Source of the DNA: the human T2T-CHM13v2.0 reference genome, Homo sapiens
NCBI RefSeq assembly: GCF_009914755.1
Contig: NC_060927.1
DNA length: 64,000 nucleotides
Strand: one strand, 5' to 3'
The notes under the pieces are model-generated. The model saw nothing but the letters and a program-made list of their open reading frames with translations, was not told the DNA's origin and ran no database searches. This document shows, piece after piece, positions 32,690 through 49,272 of the stretch; positions within the stretch are counted from its first letter, which is position 1, and every line of letters begins with the position of its first letter. The position numbers and the translations under genes were made by a program.

Positions 32690-32820
32690 AAGCCAGGTGT
32701 AGAGGTGCACATTTGTAATCCCAGGTGCTCGGAGGCTGATGCAGGAGGATTGCATGAACCCAGGAGTTTAACACCAGCCTGAGCAACATAGCAAGACCCT
32801 ATATCTAAAAAGAAAAAAAA
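32690..32820 (+). mobile_element. FLAM-like Alu monomer
   Basis: gccaggtgt..tgtaatcccagg...accagcctgagcaacatagcaagaccc followed by an A tail. Confidence 0.8.
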
Positions 32821-35800
32821 ATTAAGTCCAGAACTGGATGGCTTCACAACTGAACTCTACCAAACATTTAAAGAAGAACTGATGCTAATTGTTCTCAAAC
32901 TCTTCCAAAAACATTGAAGAGGAGGAAACACTTCCAAATGCATGTTATGAGACCATCATTATCCTGATAGCAAAACCAGACAAGCATGCTACAAGACAAG
33001 AAAATTACAGACCAATATCCCTGATGAACATAGATGCACAAATCTTCAACAAAATAATAGAAAACCCAATTCCTGCCACTGCACTCCAGCCTGGGTGGCA
33101 GAGAGAGACTCTGTCTCAATTTAAAAAAAAAAAAAAGCATTTGACAAAATTCAATATCCTTTCATGATGTTAGGTATAGAAGGAATGTACCTCAACACAG
33201 TAAAGACCATATATGAAAAGCCCACAGCTAACATCATACTCAAAGATGAAAAGTCAAAAACTGTTCTAAGATCAGGAACAAGACGAGGATGGTCACTCTA
33301 GTCAAGATAGTACTGGAAGTCCTAGCCAGAGCAATAAGGCGAGAGAAGGAAATAAAGGACATCCAAATTAGGAAGAAAAGAATGAAATTATCTATTTGTT
33401 GATGACCTAATCTGATATATAGAAAATCTAAAGACTCTACAAAAAAAACTGTTACAACTGATGAATTCTGCAAATTGCAAGATGTAAACTCAACATACAA
33501 AAATCAGTAATATTTTTATATACAAAAAATGAATTATTCAAAAAACTAGGAAAACAATCCTATTTACAAGAAAATTTTTAAAATAGGATAAAATACTTAG
33601 GAGTAAATTTAATCAATGAGGCAAAAGTCCTGTACCCTAAAAACTATAAAACATTGAGGAAAGAAATTGAAGATGAGACAAATAAATAAGGTGATACCCT
33701 GTATTCGTGAATTGGAAGAATTAATATTGTTAAAATATCCACACTACCCAAAGCAATCTGCAGATTCAATGCAATTTCTATCAAAATTCCAATGTCATTT
33801 TTCACAGAAATAGAAAAACAATCCAAAAATTTGTATGGAACTGCAAAGGACCCCTAATATCCAAAGCCACCTTGAGCAAAAAGAACAAATCTGAAGGCAT
33901 CACTTTACCTTATTTAAAAATATGTTACAAAACTATAGTAATCAAAACAGCATGGTAATGGCATAAAAGTAGATACATAAACCAATGGGACAGAATAGAA
34001 AGTCCAGAAATAAATGCATGCATATATGGTCAACCGGTTTTTGACAAAGATGCCAAGAACACACAATGAGGAAAAGACAGTCTCTTCAGTAAACGGGGTT
34101 TGGAAAACTGGATATCCACATACAAAAGGATGAAAATGGGCCCTTATCTCACACCATATACAAAAACCAATTCAAAATAGATTAAAGACTTAAATGTAAG
34201 ACCTGAAACTGTAAATCTACTGGGAGAAAACACAGAGGTAAAACAATTTCTTGGGTAGGATTCCAAACTACAGGCAACAAAAGCAAAAATAGACAGATGG
34301 GATTGCACCAAACTAAAAAGTTCCTGCATAGCAAAAGAAACAACAGAGTGAAAAGACAGTCCACAGAATGGGATAAAATATTTGCAAACTATACATCTGA
34401 TAAGGGGCTAATATCCAATATATATAAGTAATTCAAACAACTCAATAGCTAGAAAACAACCCAATTTGAAAATGGGAGAAACACCTGAACAGACATTTCT
34501 CAAAAGAAGACACACAAATGGCCAACAGGTTCATAAAAAAATGCTCAACATCACTAATCATTAGGGAAATGCAAATTAAAACCACAATGAGCTATGACTT
34601 CAAACCTGCTAAAATGGCTATTATCAAAAAAAAAAGAACGGTAAGTGTTGGTGAGGACATAGATAAATAGGAACCCTGGTACACTGTTGGTGGGAGTGTA
34701 AATTAGTATAGCCATAAGAAAAACAGTATAGAGGTTCCTCAGAAAATTAAAAACTGAATTACCATATGAAACAGCAATCTACTGTGGGTATAGGGGATTG
34801 AAATAATTATTTCAAAGAAGTATCTATACCCCTATGTTTTTTGCAGCATTATTCACAATAGCCAAGATATGGAATCAATGTAAGTGTTCATCAGCAAATG
34901 AATGAATAAATAAAACGTGGTATGTATACCCAGTGGAATGCTATTCAGGCTTTAAAAAGAAGGAAATTCTGTATAAAAACTCGGATGAACCTGGAGGACA
35001 TTTTGCTAAGTGAAATAAGCCAGACACAGAAAGATAAATACTGCATGATTACACTTATATGTAGAATCTAAAAAAGTCTAACTCATAATAGTAGAATGTA
35101 GAATGGTGGATTACCTCAACCGTGGATTGGATAAAGAAAATGTGGTCACATACACCATGGAATACTACACAGCCACACACACACACAAAAAAATCGTGTG
35201 CTTTGCAGCAGCATGGATGCAGCAAGAGGCCATTATCCTAAGCAAAATAACACAGGAACAGAAGACCAAATACCACATGTTCTCACTTATAAGTGGGACC
35301 TAACTATTGGGTACTCACGGCCATAAAGATGGCAACAATAGACACTGGAGACTGCTAGGGGGAGAGAGGGAGCTAGGAGTGGAAAAGTGAACCATTGGGT
35401 ACTATGCCTAGTACCTCGGTGAGGGGATTATTTTTACCCCAAACCTCAGCATCACGCAATATACCAAGGTAACAAACCTGCACATGTACCCAATGAATCT
35501 AAAATAAAAGTTGAAAATACTTTAAAATAAATAAATAGAAATTTTGTTTCACCTATGTGTAAAATTAAATAAGGCTGTGCTTACATAACAAAGGAAATCC
35601 CATTGAAAAAGATCTCATCTAACTGACTATTTGACGCTGTTTAGAGTGAATACTTCATTTCTAGTAAGTTGTTTTTGCCATGATAGAGTCACGGATTTAG
35701 AAATTGTACCTTTTTAAGGAGTCTCATCAAAGAATAAAAGCCATTCTTCTTTGCATTGTTCTCACGTATTGCACAAAGCCTTAACCCTATGTCCAATTTT

Positions 35801-36165
35801 GTTCTTAGATTAAATAAATTAATTAAACTATAATAAAAAAAAGAGGGATTACCAGGACTGGGGGTGAGGGGTGAATGGGGAAAGTTTAGACATTGGTCAA
35901 ATGGTACAAAGTTTCAGTCAAACAGGGAATAAGTTTTAGATATCTATTCTACAGCATAGTGGCCATAGTTAATAATAACATATTGTATATTTCAAAATTG
36001 CTAAAAGATTAGATTTTAAATGTTATCACCACAAACACACAAAAGATAAGTGATAGATATGTTAATTAGCTTGATTTAATCTTTCTACAATGTATGCATA
36101 TCAAAATATCACATTGTACCCCATAAATATCTACAATTATTATTTGTCAATTAATAATAAAAAAT
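32821..36165 (+). mobile_element. L1MA (degenerate ORF2 plus 3' UTR), interrupted at 35116-35845
   Basis: ORF 32889-33167 contains [13 protein letters not shown] (L1 RT region); continuous ORF2 and 3' UTR motifs. Confidence 0.9.
35116..35540 (+). mobile_element. L1PA16/17- or L1PB-like 3' fragment inserted in the L1MA 3' UTR
   Basis: cataaagatggcaacaatagacactgg...aaacctcagcatcacgcaatatacc..gtaacaaacctgcacatgtacc..tgaatctaaaataaaagttgaaa. Confidence 0.85.
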
Positions 36166-36725
36166 TAGATATTATTTGCTTGTCAAATTGGCAGAGTTTT
36201 TTTAAAATTTAATTTTAAATGTTGAGAAGTGTGTAACGAGATACTCTGACACAAATAAACGTGGACACAACCCTGATGGAATATAATTTGAAAATTCTTG
36301 GAAAGAAAACTTTGAGGTTTTTGCTTTTTGACCCAGACATTCTACTGCAAGGAAACCATCCAAGGTAATAATCAGTGAAGAATATAAGCATTATGTACAG
36401 GAGCACTTATTGCACTGTTATTCATAAGAAGAAAAAAATTTAAAACAACCTGTTTTCAAATACTAAGGGAATGTCTAAATCAATTGCACTACTTAAGATG
36501 AAATGTCATATAACATTAAAATTGTGTTTTGGAAGAATTTTAGCAACGTGGGAAAAGTAGAAGATGTACTGTTAAGTGATAGAAGCAGACCACTCTACAT
36601 AAGTTCAATCATGATATGTCATGTGCATAAAATAAATCTGGAAAGAAATACACCAAAATATCATCAATGATACTATCTTGCTAATGGAATGATACGTGAT
36701 ATTTTTATTTTTCTTAAAATTTCTC

Positions 36726-37030
<305 letters not shown>

Positions 37031-37044
37031 TCACATTTTCCAAG

Positions 37045-37126
37045 TGTTTTATAATAAGCATGCAGTATTTTATAATAAAGTATGTTATTTTATAATAAAG
37101 TGCATTATTTTATAATAAAGTATGTT
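37045..37126. repeat. 20-bp tandem repeat (tattttataataaagtRYRt), 3 copies plus 1 degenerate copy
   Basis: Units start at 37066, 37086 and 37106. Confidence 0.9.
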
Positions 37127-40085
37127 AAAGTGTGTATTACGTTTACATATGCTATACATAATATCTATGTATCCACAGTATGTCCTCAGCAGGATGAGGG
37201 CATTAGGACCTTATGTCATCCTTAAGATGACAGGTCAGGCCTTTCATAATATGTTTGCTGCTTACCTTTCTAGTTCGACAGCTTACTCTTCTCAGAACTT
37301 TCCATTTCACTTAAGTCATGCTGAACGACTTGCAAGCTCCCCGCACACGCCATGTTTGTTCTTGTCTCAGCATCTCTACAGATGTTGTTTTTTCTTCCTG
37401 GAATGCTCTGGGCTTGATTTCAGGAGAAGTTCATTCCTTTGGAGAAAAGACTTGTAAGAACAAGAGAAGGGCCTCAGTTCCAGGGGTTCTGGGGTACAAG
37501 GCAAAACATGAAGACAGGATGTCAGGCAGAGGGGAATAAGGTGGAACCCCAGTTATGAGAATCGAGTAACCAAGAAACACATTGAATTAGGTGCTAGAAC
37601 AACCTGGTGCTGAGTCCTCTAATGCTAGACTAAAGCCCTTTGGTTCCCACTCCCTGAAGATATTACCAATGCCCATATTTTAATCTAAAACCAAAATCAA
37701 ATTCTAAAGCTAAATAAAAAATGAATTGCAATTATTGTACCATAGTTTATCTTCATGAGAAGGAGTGAGGGAGAGTTTGTTTTATCGTTAACCCTTGCTG
37801 AGTAATCACCTCGGTCAGCCTCTGTCAAGCTTCCTCTACACACGAGCTTCTCAAGCTGTTTCACATCATAGGGTTGACAGAAGTGATATCTTTATGACAC
37901 ACAGGGGTAAATACAAGAGGCCCCGTGGACACAAATGATCAGCCTTGGTTCTCTATGGGCCCCAGTCCTGGCTAGCTTCCCTTAGGGCTAAAATGATCAC
38001 TATCTCAACCTGCCTGAGACGCATTCCCCGCACACTACCTCTGATCTACATCATTCCAGGCTGAGTTGAGTCTAGTCAGCTTGTAAATGTCCCCAGGAAA
38101 AGAGATTTCCTCCCTCTTCCTTAGGTAGTTTTTCTCCTTTGGCTGTTTCCTCAGATGTTGCCTTCTGAATAGCAGCCAGAGATTCCTCCTTTCAAACCAC
38201 ACGCTAGTCTAGCCACCGCTACCATGTTTAAGGACTTTATTTTAGTGTACACCCATGACTGCATTCTTTAAAGAAGCAATTTCCTGTCACTTTCTTTTGT
38301 ACAATACCCTAACGCTATGCTGTACCTTAGATACAATGACCAGACCATGACTTGCATTTCAATAGATTGCTTAATAAGCATCTTTTCTATCAAGTGTCAG
38401 CAAAATTCTGTAAGTGGAGACAGAAGTAAATCAGTTAGCAATCAGCCAACAGCTATTTTATTCCGGTTGTGTGAGGGGCCCTATAATAGATCCTTCAGGA
38501 AGGAAAAAGGAACAAAAGAAAGAGAAGAGGTGAGGAGTTTATGTTGACCACTGTCTTCTGGTGTCTTATGAGGCATCACAAACAGACTTATTTCCACCTT
38601 TCTTATTCTCTGCTAAAATACTATCCCTAAAAATGTGCTGCTTAATTTTGGTGATCATATTTCAAAGGAACAATAGATATGGAAAAAGGCAATTCTATAA
38701 GAGTACCGTTAACTGTTCATTTTTAAGGGAACAATTAAAATGCTACCTATTGCAAATTGCTCAGGCTTAATTTCATTTCACCAAGGATAGGAAAATGATC
38801 AAATATTTTTTGATTTTTTAATCTTGCTGATTAGCTGAACTACTTCCTACCATGAGCAGCTAATGGGAAGGGGTGGTATTCCAGACTTATAGATTCATTA
38901 TTTGTTCCTGTCCCTCCCACTTCTCCAGTGTAGAAGTGTTGGTGCATAAAGCTGTGAAATCATTTACATTTTCCTTTTACCTAATGCTTCCTTAAAATGG
39001 CACATGCATCCCTTGCTTTGGAAAGTGGTAGCTACTGTGCCTTTTTCTAGCTCCTATTTTCCTTGTAAATAATACTTAGTTCCAATAGCAATAGTGGCAG
39101 CCTTAGAGGAGTTTCAACAAGAAGACTTAGGCAGAAACTACTCTTCATTTTAAAAAGTTTTACTTGTCAAATAAAGATTGAATATATTCAACGTGTCCAA
39201 CTTGATGATTTGATACACATACACACTGTATAATAATTACCACAATCAAATTAATGAATACGTCCATCACCACCCATCCTGCACGGTGGATCCCCAGAAC
39301 TTGTTCATTTTAGCACTGAAAGTTTGTACTTTGATCAACATCTCTCCAGTTCCCATACCCCTGCCCCTGGCAACCACTGTTCTACCTTCTGCTCCTATGA
39401 GTTGAGCCTTTTTCAGATTTCATGTATGTATGAGTCCATTCTTGCACTGCTATAAAGAAATACCTAAAACTGGGTAATTTATAAAGAAAAGAGGTTTCAT
39501 TGGCTCATGATTCCGCAGGCTCTACAGCAGGGGTGTCCAATCGTTTGGCTTCCCTGGTCCACATTGGAAAAAGAATTGTCTTGGGCCACACATAAAATAC
39601 ACTAACACTAACTAACAATAGCTGATGAGCTAAAAAAAAAAAAATTGCAAAAATATCTCCTAATACTTTGTGTGTGTGTGTGTGTGTATTATCTTAATTC
39701 TCAAAATATCCTTAAAAGGCAAACACAAGTATTAGTGTATTTTGCAGCTGCAGAGATCAAAGTTCACACACAGTAACTACATCATGAAGCCAGGTGCCAA
39801 ATGCTAGAGGCCACATTCTGAAACACCTCTCAGCTCCATCACACACTCAGGTTATGTGTGTAGTCTCCTAGCTCTGAGAATACAGTTCAAACTCCTCAAT
39901 TCGGTATATAAGGCTTTATAGCATGGCTTTGGTTTATGACTTTATTTTCATCACACACACTATTTGTTGGAGCCATTCACAATAACTTGTGCCATGCCTG
40001 AACGCATAGTATTTGTTTTTTAGAACAGCTGTTAAACATGCAATACTTTACTGAACATATACATATCACTGTACTGCTCGATTAA

Positions 40086-41325
<1,240 letters not shown>

Positions 41326-41554
41326 CAAAATCTCATATTTTAAGAAAGTTTACGAATTTGTGTTGGGCCACATTCAAAGCCATTCTGGGCCACATGCAGC
41401 CTGTGGGCCATGGGTTGGACAAGCTTGCTCTACAGGAAGCATGGCTGGGGAGGCGTTAGAAAATTTACAATCATGGCAGAAGGTGAAGGGGAAACAGCAC
41501 GTCTTCACATGGCCAGGGCAGGAGGAAGAGAGTGAAGGGGGAGGTACTACATAC

Positions 41555-42675
41555 TTTTTTTTTTTTCATGGTTCAGGCTTTACTGGGCATCACACAGGGC
41601 TGGAGTAGGGACCCAGCAAAGGGAGCAGGGCCCGCAGATGGTCTTTGAGGACAGTGCTGGGGAGCTCAGGGATCAGTCCAGCTTCTCAAAGAAGAGATAA
41701 GCACTGATAGGGAAAGCAGTCAGGTTGGTGTTAGTGCAGGAAAAGGGAGATGTTAGGAGGGGGACTTTGATGGAGGAGAGTGGGGAGCTGAAGCTTTAAA
41801 GATCCTCGATGTGGGGAGGGATCATGTTAGAAGAAAGGAAGCCAATGAGGCCTTGGGGAAAAGAAGAGAGTGGAAACAAGGAAAAAGGAAGAAGTCTGGT
41901 TCAGGGAGTCGGGCTGTTCTCCAGTGTTCTCCAGGCTCCCAGGCAGCAGGGTCGGCTCCTCCCTCCCATCTTCTGGCATCACGGGGCCCTATTTACTGTT
42001 CCACGTAGCTGACTTCCCAAACAAAGGACCTTGGAGGCATTGGCTGGACTTCATGTGGGCAGAGATCTTCTTCAAACCCTCAATTCAGGACATGAAGTCC
42101 TTCAGGTTTGGGAAGGCGTCCAGGCAGCTGGGGTCAAATATACAGTTCAGGTCAAGGATGTCATAGGCAAGGAAATCCACATAGGTGATCTTGTCTCATG
42201 CGAACCATGGCCACTTCCCCAGAAACTGTGAGTAGAGCTTTAGCTTTTCAGGGAGTTCCTCCAGGTACTTTGGCTTCAGTTTCTCAAATTCTGGGATGTA
42301 GCAGATAATGGCCAGCTGCATCAGGTTGTCCATGGTCTGGTTCTCCGAAATATCCACACGAATCTTCTCCTCTTCTGTCTCCTCACACAGGCTGTGCTTG
42401 CAGGAAATGTGGCACAGGATGGCGTTGCTCTGGGTGATCTTGTGAGCCCCATCAAACAAGTAGGGCAGATTGGGAAAGTCCAGGCCCAGCTTGAATTTTT
42501 AATTCAGCTACTAGCTTCTGTCATAGTCAGGAGAGTCCCCCATTGTGTACTTCTTTTCCTCGTAGCTTGAGTCTGTGTATTCAAGGAGCAGGTGGATGGC
42601 ATGTGCCAGCCCGTGGATGTCCCCGTACCCCAGTGTCATGGGCATGGTGCTGGTTGGTGCAGATTCTGCAGACCA
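41555..42675 (-). pseudogene. GSTM5P1: Processed pseudogene of mu-class glutathione S-transferase (GSTM5-like). CDS 41989-42645, 219 codons.
   Basis: Intronless frame MPMTLGYGDIHGLAHAIHLLLEYTDSSYEEKKYTMGD...LGLDFPNLPYL..GAHKITQSNAIL...LFGKSATWNSK*. Stops at codons 45, 46, 49, 150 and 187, with no frameshift. About 420 nt of 3' UTR, AGTAAA signal (41579-41584), A12 tail (41555-41566). 15-bp TSD gtactacatactttt (41544-41558) / gtgctacacactttt (42676-42690) at a TTTT/AA site. The symbol is from recalled similarity to the GSTM5 C-terminus and 3' UTR. Confidence 0.93.
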
Positions 42676-43664
42676 GTGCTACACACTTTTAAACAACCAG
42701 ATCTCGTGAGAACTCACTCACTATCACGAGAACAGCAAGGGGGAAATCCACCCCCATGATCAATCATCTCCTGCCAGTCCCCTCTGCCAACACTGGGGAT
42801 TACAATTCAACGTGAGATTTGGGCAGGGACACAAATCCAAATCATATCAATGTACAAATGAGATCATACAATGTTTGTCCTTCTGTGCCTAGCTTATTTC
42901 ACTCAGCATAATGTCCTCCAGGTTCATCCATGTTGTTCCAAATGGCAGGGTTTCCTTGCTTTTTATGGCTGAATAACTTTCCATTGTATGTATGTATGTA
43001 TGTACCACATCTGTGAGACTGGCTATTATCAAAAAGACAAGAGATAACAAGTATTGGCAAAGGGGTGGAGAAAAGGGAACCATTGTACACTGTTGGTGGC
43101 AATGGAAATTGGTATACCCATTATGGAAAATAGTATTATGATTCCTTAAAAAATTAAAAATGGAACTACTGTGTGATCCAGCCATCCCACTGCTGGGTAC
43201 ATATACAACAGAATGAAATTAGTAGGTTGAAGTCCTATCTGCACTCTCATGTTCATTGCAGCATCAGTCATAATAGCCAAGATATGGAGCCAAGACTGAC
43301 CTAAGTGTCTGTCTGTGGAGGAATAGATAAAGAAAATGTGGTACAAACAACTTACTCTTTGCACCTTGAAGAACATCTAGACTTAGGACAGACAACTTTC
43401 CTATCATAACTTTTTAACAGAAACTAGTAATATATGGGATCTGTATTTTTTTCAGTACAGATAAGCTATGTTGTTCACCTTAGGCTTACAGGATGGGATG
43501 TGTAGACAAGCTTTTAGAAGCTGTTTTCTTTCATCTTAGTCAACATGCTTGCAGTTTAGGTACTTGCCCACAGATTAGAGGGGACTTTTATGGTTTTATA
43601 GGACAATCAGCTAAATTTTCCTAGCCAGTGTGGAGAACTGAAGCAGGGACAGCCCACAGCCTAG

Positions 43665-44590
<926 letters not shown>

Positions 44591-44594
44591 CTCA

Positions 44595-45125
44595 ATCATA
44601 ATTCCTCACTCAGGTGTGGGTTAGGAATATCACTTCCTTTCAAAGAGTACAGTATGGAAAGGGGGGGAAAATAATAATAACTTTATCATGGAGAAAGCTG
44701 ACAAACACCCCCTCAGCCAGGTGGCCAAGGTTGACATGATGTGATGAGGACAGTGCTTAACTCTGTGGTCTCCCTCCCGCAAACCCACAACCCCAGTCGA
44801 ACCGTGAGAGACACCAGACAAACCCCAACTGAAGGACTTTCTATAACATACCCAACCAGTCCTCTGCAAAACTGTCAAGGTCGTCAAGAACCAAGAAAGC
44901 CTAAGAAACTCACAACCAAGAGGAGTCCAAGGCAACAGGATGGCTAAGTGAAATGCGGCACCCTGGATGGGATCCTGGGACAGAAACAGGACGCGAGGGA
45001 AATACTGGGGACATCTGAATGAAACATGGGCTCTAATAATAATCTATGACAACATGGGCCCATTAATTGTGGCAAACGTATCATACGAATGTGAAATATT
45101 AATAACGGGAAACTGGGATTTGCCT
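44595..45125 (+). mobile_element. L1MD-like 3' UTR fragment
   Basis: agagtacagtatggaaagggg...ctcagccaggtggccaagg...ctggatgggatcctgggacagaaa. Confidence 0.7.
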
Positions 45126-45625
45126 AACTTCTTTGTGTCTCTTTCCTCGTCTCCGAAGTAGGGGTATTAATGGTACCCACATCAGTGGTTTGTGGGGTGT
45201 AAGTGATTTAAGCCATTATATAATGTTGAACAGTGCCTGACAGTAAGCGCTCAATACATGTTAGCTACCATTCCTATAGTTATTCATCATTTCAGACATT
45301 TTGTTTTAAAATGAGAGACGTTAAGAAAAAATCTACTTAGTGCAACCATAAAGCTGACTGTTTTAAAAGAGGTTCAGAAGTGCTGCCCTTGCCTGATGTT
45401 TATTAAGTAAACACTTTTTTCAGAGGGAGGTGATAGAGAATTGAATACATAGGTACCTTTTTCTCTTAAGCCATCTACTTTTAAGATAAAGTTGGAAGGA
45501 AGTGGAATAAAGTATGTACACCCAAGGGGTAAAATGTAAAGGGAATACTTTATATACTGCATAAGGGAGGAGAAATAGCAAGGAAACTGTAAATAGTTAG
45601 TCCCCAAATTAAAAACACCCAGCTC

Positions 45626-46163
<538 letters not shown>

Positions 46164-46187
46164 GCTGAAAGAGCATTATGCATTTCA

Positions 46188-46480
46188 GGTGTCGTGCGGT
46201 GGCTCAGGCCTATAATCCCAACACTTTGGGAGGCCGAGGCAGGCAGATCATTTGAGGTCAGGAGTTCGAGGCCAACCTGGCCAGCATGGCAAAACCCCAT
46301 CTCTACTAAAAATACAAAAATTAGCTGGGCATGGTGGTGGGCAGCTGTAATCCCAGCTACTAAGGAACCTGAGTTACGAGAATCACTTGAACCCAGGAGG
46401 GAGAGGCTGCAGTGAGCCGAGATTGTGCCACTGCACTCTAGCCTGGGACAGAGTGAGACTCCGTCTCAAACAAAAATACA
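46188..46480 (+). mobile_element. AluS, TSD cattatgcatttca
   Basis: Full dimer with TSD. Confidence 0.93.
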
Positions 46481-46510
46481 AATGATCATTATGCATTTCA
46501 ATGTTTATTA

Positions 46511-46840
<330 letters not shown>

Positions 46841-47604
46841 AGATAATCATAAGAAACTTAGAAAACTGATCAGAAGTCCCTCTGAATGTCTCATGCATTT
46901 GCTAAGCAGTAATTCTGTAAGCTGCAGTGATGCTGCTGTGTTTCCGTCAAAGGTCACCAACTTGTTGGAAAAAAAATTAGAAGTTGCAACAATGATATCT
47001 TTAAAGAAATTAATTTATCAAATCACCTTTTCTATTTAAATTCAAGAATAAAAATGTTTTCTATTATAGTTTCGAGGTTTCAGTGAGAAAAAAGGAGAAA
47101 ATGTTAGTGAATGAAAGAGAAGCAGAGAAGAACAGCAGATGTGGAGATGCAGGGAGGCATGAGACAGAGACAGAGAAAGGCAGACGGGAATGAATGGGGA
47201 GCAAACAGAGGAGAGAGAAGGACAAAGGCAGCCAGGCACAGGAGGCTCTGGGGTGAACTGCTGTGCAGAGGCTGTGGTCTCAACAAGCCGAGAGAGCACA
47301 TCGGGGCAGTTGGGGTGCACTGGTCCTCAGAGCCAGGTCAATGTCACCCTAAGGACTAGAAGAAATCAAGCTGAGGGTTAGATGTAGGGTATCCTACCTA
47401 CCCTGCTGCTAAAGAACCTTTTGCTTTAAGCTGAAATGAGAATATTAGAAATGAAGAAAGGAAGGAGTGAGGGAGGGAAAAGGGGAAAAGGAAGGCAGGA
47501 AGAAAGTGTCCAGCTTTCTCTTTAGTTATGTGTAACAATTTATCTAACTCAACGGGAGAGACTTTAAAAAATAACAGTCTTTTTTTAATGTGCCTTCCAG
47601 CTTT

Positions 47605-47735
47605 CTTTATTTTATTTTTAATTTTTGTGGGTACACAGTAGGTGCATATATTTATGGCACACATGAGATGTTTGATACAGGCATGGCCCTGTGACATAAA
47701 AACATCATGGAGAATGGGGTAACCATCTCCTCCAG
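47605..47735 (-). mobile_element. L1MA1/2-like extreme 3' end
   Basis: ttttgtgggtacacagtaggtgcatatatttatgg...tgatacaggcatg...atcatggagaatggggta. Confidence 0.75.
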
Positions 47736-47777
47736 CACTACAATGGACCATCTTGAGTTTGGCTTGGGAATTAAACA

Positions 47778-47781
<4 letters not shown>

Positions 47782-47837
<56 letters not shown>
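47782..47837. repeat. Compound (TC)n(AC)n microsatellite
   Basis: Read directly. Confidence 0.95.
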
Positions 47838-47838
<1 letters not shown>

Positions 47839-48884
47839 CCCATGATTAGACTCTACATGTTTGACCCTGACTCAGTTCTGTTTCCTTTCCCAGCATCCTT
47901 GAACTTGGCAAAGTGGCAAAGGTGGGGAAGAGCTGAGTCACCAAAGATAAAGTATAATTCAAGTAACCCATCAGTAAATCATAAAGATTTAGTTGTATGT
48001 TAAATTGTTACTAGGCCCAAAGAGTCAGACTTTGAGAAAAGATTTTGAGCTGTTATACTTTGGATCATTCAGAAAATGAAAAATGGTAGTATTTTACTCA
48101 GGAAATTTCATTTCTACTATGTGAGTCTTTTTAAAGCACATGGATGTGGAAATTTTAGAGGAAAACGTCCTTATATATCATTGAAATGAAATATAAGTGT
48201 GCTTCTTGTTAAGGTGTGCACATATCAAAAGTCTTTGTTGTATAGGCCCTCGTTCTCTGAGGAGAAAATGCCTAATATTAACAAACAAGGATGGTGAGAA
48301 TAGTATTTGGGGTTGTTTAATTTAGAAAGAAGGCTGGATAATAGCCAACAGATTTCTTGGCTTTAAATAAGGCCCTGGTGACATGTTTCATTTTGATTTC
48401 TGAGATTAATTAATTATGGGAAAAATCTTAGAATTTATTTAAAGGGTCACATGGGAAAAGTCATGCAGCAGGAGAGAGGTTTGGTCTGAGATGGAGGAGG
48501 AGTTCCAAGATAGGATGACTGGCATATGGAAAATTACTGAGAAACAAATAATGGCTAATGTTCATGTTTTCCAAATTAGAAGGGAGAAATTATTTTTGAT
48601 ACCACTGTAGAGACGGTTAGAACCTTTACACAATTTTGTGGGGCGGGGGGCGGGGGAAGAACTTGGTGTACGCAGAATGGGAAACTTTCCAAATTATCCA
48701 GTGTTGTATCTCTAGTATCTAGCACAATGCTTGAGATATAGATTTTCTACTGAAATGTTGGATCACACAATCCATTTTTTGCATATGGATTGTGGGATCC
48801 AACATTTAAGTAGAAGGGAGTGAATTCAAGAGCAGTTGCACATTCTGATAAATGGAGAAACTGTAAGATTAAAAAGAAGATTCA

Positions 48885-49272
<388 letters not shown>

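Noticed and set aside
32821-36165. Active or intact L1
   Set aside because: 5'-truncated and heavily frameshifted with many stops.
42196-42459. 87-aa ORF with clear GST-mu similarity, as a functional CDS
   Set aside because: It is the stop-to-stop interval of the processed pseudogene, starts at TTG and lacks the N-terminal catalytic region.
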